Position numbers and translations under genes: made by a program
Assembly (NCBI GenBank): GCA_937936355.1
Contig: CALDDM010000030.1
Coordinates: 1-56,484, forward strand
Reading direction: 5' to 3'
Length of the DNA: 56,484 nt
DNA from: Minisyncoccota bacterium
Lineage (GTDB): Bacteria; Patescibacteriota; Minisyncoccia; Moranbacterales; GCA-2747515
Notes under the pieces: generated by a model
Seen by the model: only the letters and a program-made list of their open reading frames with translations
Database searches by the model: none
What the model was told of the DNA's origin: nothing
In this document: one piece after another, positions 55,540 to 56,484 of the stretch
How positions within the stretch are numbered: position 1 is the stretch's first letter
How the letters are laid out: each line of letters begins with the position of its first letter

Positions 55540-56484
55540 ATATTATCCAGACTACTTCCAAAAAGATGTCCTATTACTGCAGGATATTGGCATCGATTGT
55601 CTGTGTGGCCGCGTCTTTCAGGGTGCTGTCAGAGAATATAAGGAACAATTTGCTAACCTCAAGCTTTTTGTACTATGTTCCTATGAGATCAATCTCATTG
55701 ATCAAATCATCTATACTCACTTTCAAGATGATCATAACGCGTGGATCAGTAATGTTGGTCCCTTTATTTCTTCCCGTTGCACATATGAAAGTTTGCCGCA
55801 TAAGCCACTGATCCATCTCGCAAAGATCTCGGAGTTAATGTTATACGAAGATATTACTGAGGCAGACCATTTTTTCTTTGGTCTACTTGCTGAAATGGCG
55901 AATCAAGATCAGTTCACAACACTGACAATCAAAAATATAACGGAAAAGATGAAAGAGGATCGTGACGTTCTCAAGGCAAAATCCGACCTAAGGAGACTAT
56001 TCTCAAAAAGTGAAAGACAAAGGAGTGTTCGAGGGAAGGTCTTGGTAAATCAAGTTTCTGTAGAAACGCCAGATGATCTAGATGAATTACTATATGCAGA
56101 CACACGGCTCATATGGCAGGAACATCTAAGTGAGAACGATCTGAGCCTTCAAAAGATCAAAAAACATAAGAATGATAAAGGGTATTCATCGTTTACTACT
56201 GTGAAATCAGGAAAGGTTTTTGAGCGACAAGAAGAATATTGGACAGTCAAAGATTGTGAAAGTGGGGATCTCTACCTTCTGATCTCAAAAAAGTCAGTAA
56301 CTGATAATCATATCAAGGACGAAGAGGGGGCTGCAGGAAGAGGGCTTATTCTCCAAGAGTTTAATTACTATTTCCCATGTAGAGACGAAGTAGAAATTGA
56401 CGATATATTGTTTGAACCGATTATCAATATCGATTATGAGGAAAGTTTGCAGAGAAAATATATTTTTCACTATGTGATGAGCGA
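55526..56484 (+). CDS. Hypothetical protein, 3' truncated by the window (>319 aa); absent from the ORF track
   Basis: Manual translation MKIDKYYPDYFQKDVLLLQDIGIDCLCGRVF...RKYIFHYVMS stays open to the window end; overlaps the upstream gene by 14 nt. Confidence 0.8.
   Translation, partial: MKIDKYYPDYFQKDVLLLQDIGIDCLCGRVFQGAVREYKEQFANLKLFVLCSYEINLIDQIIYTHFQDDHNAWISNVGPFISSRCTYESLPHKPLIHLAKISELMLYEDITEADHFFFGLLAEMANQDQFTTLTIKNITEKMKEDRDVLKAKSDLRRLFSKSERQRSVRGKVLVNQVSVETPDDLDELLYADTRLIWQEHLSENDLSLQKIKKHKNDKGYSSFTTVKSGKVFERQEEYWTVKDCESGDLYLLISKKSVTDNHIKDEEGAAGRGLILQEFNYYFPCRDEVEIDDILFEPIINIDYEESLQRKYIFHYVMS

Larger units (their letters stand above)
51085..56484. mobile_element. Integrative element / satellite-like island at tRNA-Glu (right end beyond the window)
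   Basis: Serine integrase abutting the tRNA, RepA-type helicase, orphan genes, switch in gene orientation and visibly AT-richer sequence. Confidence 0.85.

Noticed and set aside
55128-55811. ORFs 55128-55436 (-), 55566-55811 (+) and the 55183 start
   Set aside because: They overlap the hairpin cluster or the longer 55526 frame and show no protein-like features.

Overview
Chromosomal segment of a small-genome bacterium, most likely Patescibacteria/CPR (Parcubacteria-like). This placement is an inference: uL30 is missing between uS5 and uL15, bL9 is present, EF-Ts is short, the UMP kinase is archaeal-type, and there are orphan type IV pilins and several GT-C glycosyltransferases. TGA is used as a stop, so this is genetic code 11. 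1-5.4 kb holds the end of the spc ribosomal-protein operon (uS5 carries a fused HhH domain), then rpsB-tsf. 6.2-6.9 kb is a Thr-Tyr-Thr-Trp tRNA cluster with two degenerate tRNA-Tyr fragments in a tandem repeat. 7-10 kb is a variable islet of orphan genes and a pilin, bounded by two pairs of diverged direct repeats. 10-51 kb is mostly + strand housekeeping and envelope genes: an apparently inactive D-aminoacylase homologue, murD, glyA, rmlA, galU, rplI, pyrG, FKBP, rpmA, pyrH, frr, rseP, proS, photolyase, tyrS, pheST, yaaA, rnhA, tsaC, four GT-C enzymes, secDF with a parvulin-like insert, murA, mreB and a GT4. From 51.05 kb to the window end, an AT-richer integrative element sits at tRNA-Glu(CTC). 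It encodes a large serine recombinase whose last codons and stop are antisense to the tRNA, a small RDF candidate, a RepA/AAA_25 helicase and unknown genes. It also carries several structured non-coding segments: an attenuator-like integrase leader, a 50-bp dyad (candidate origin) and a ~150-nt five-hairpin candidate ncRNA or switch in front of an unknown two-gene cargo operon. That RNA plus its operon is the best candidate for an undescribed system. All calls come from reading the sequence by eye; no searches were run.
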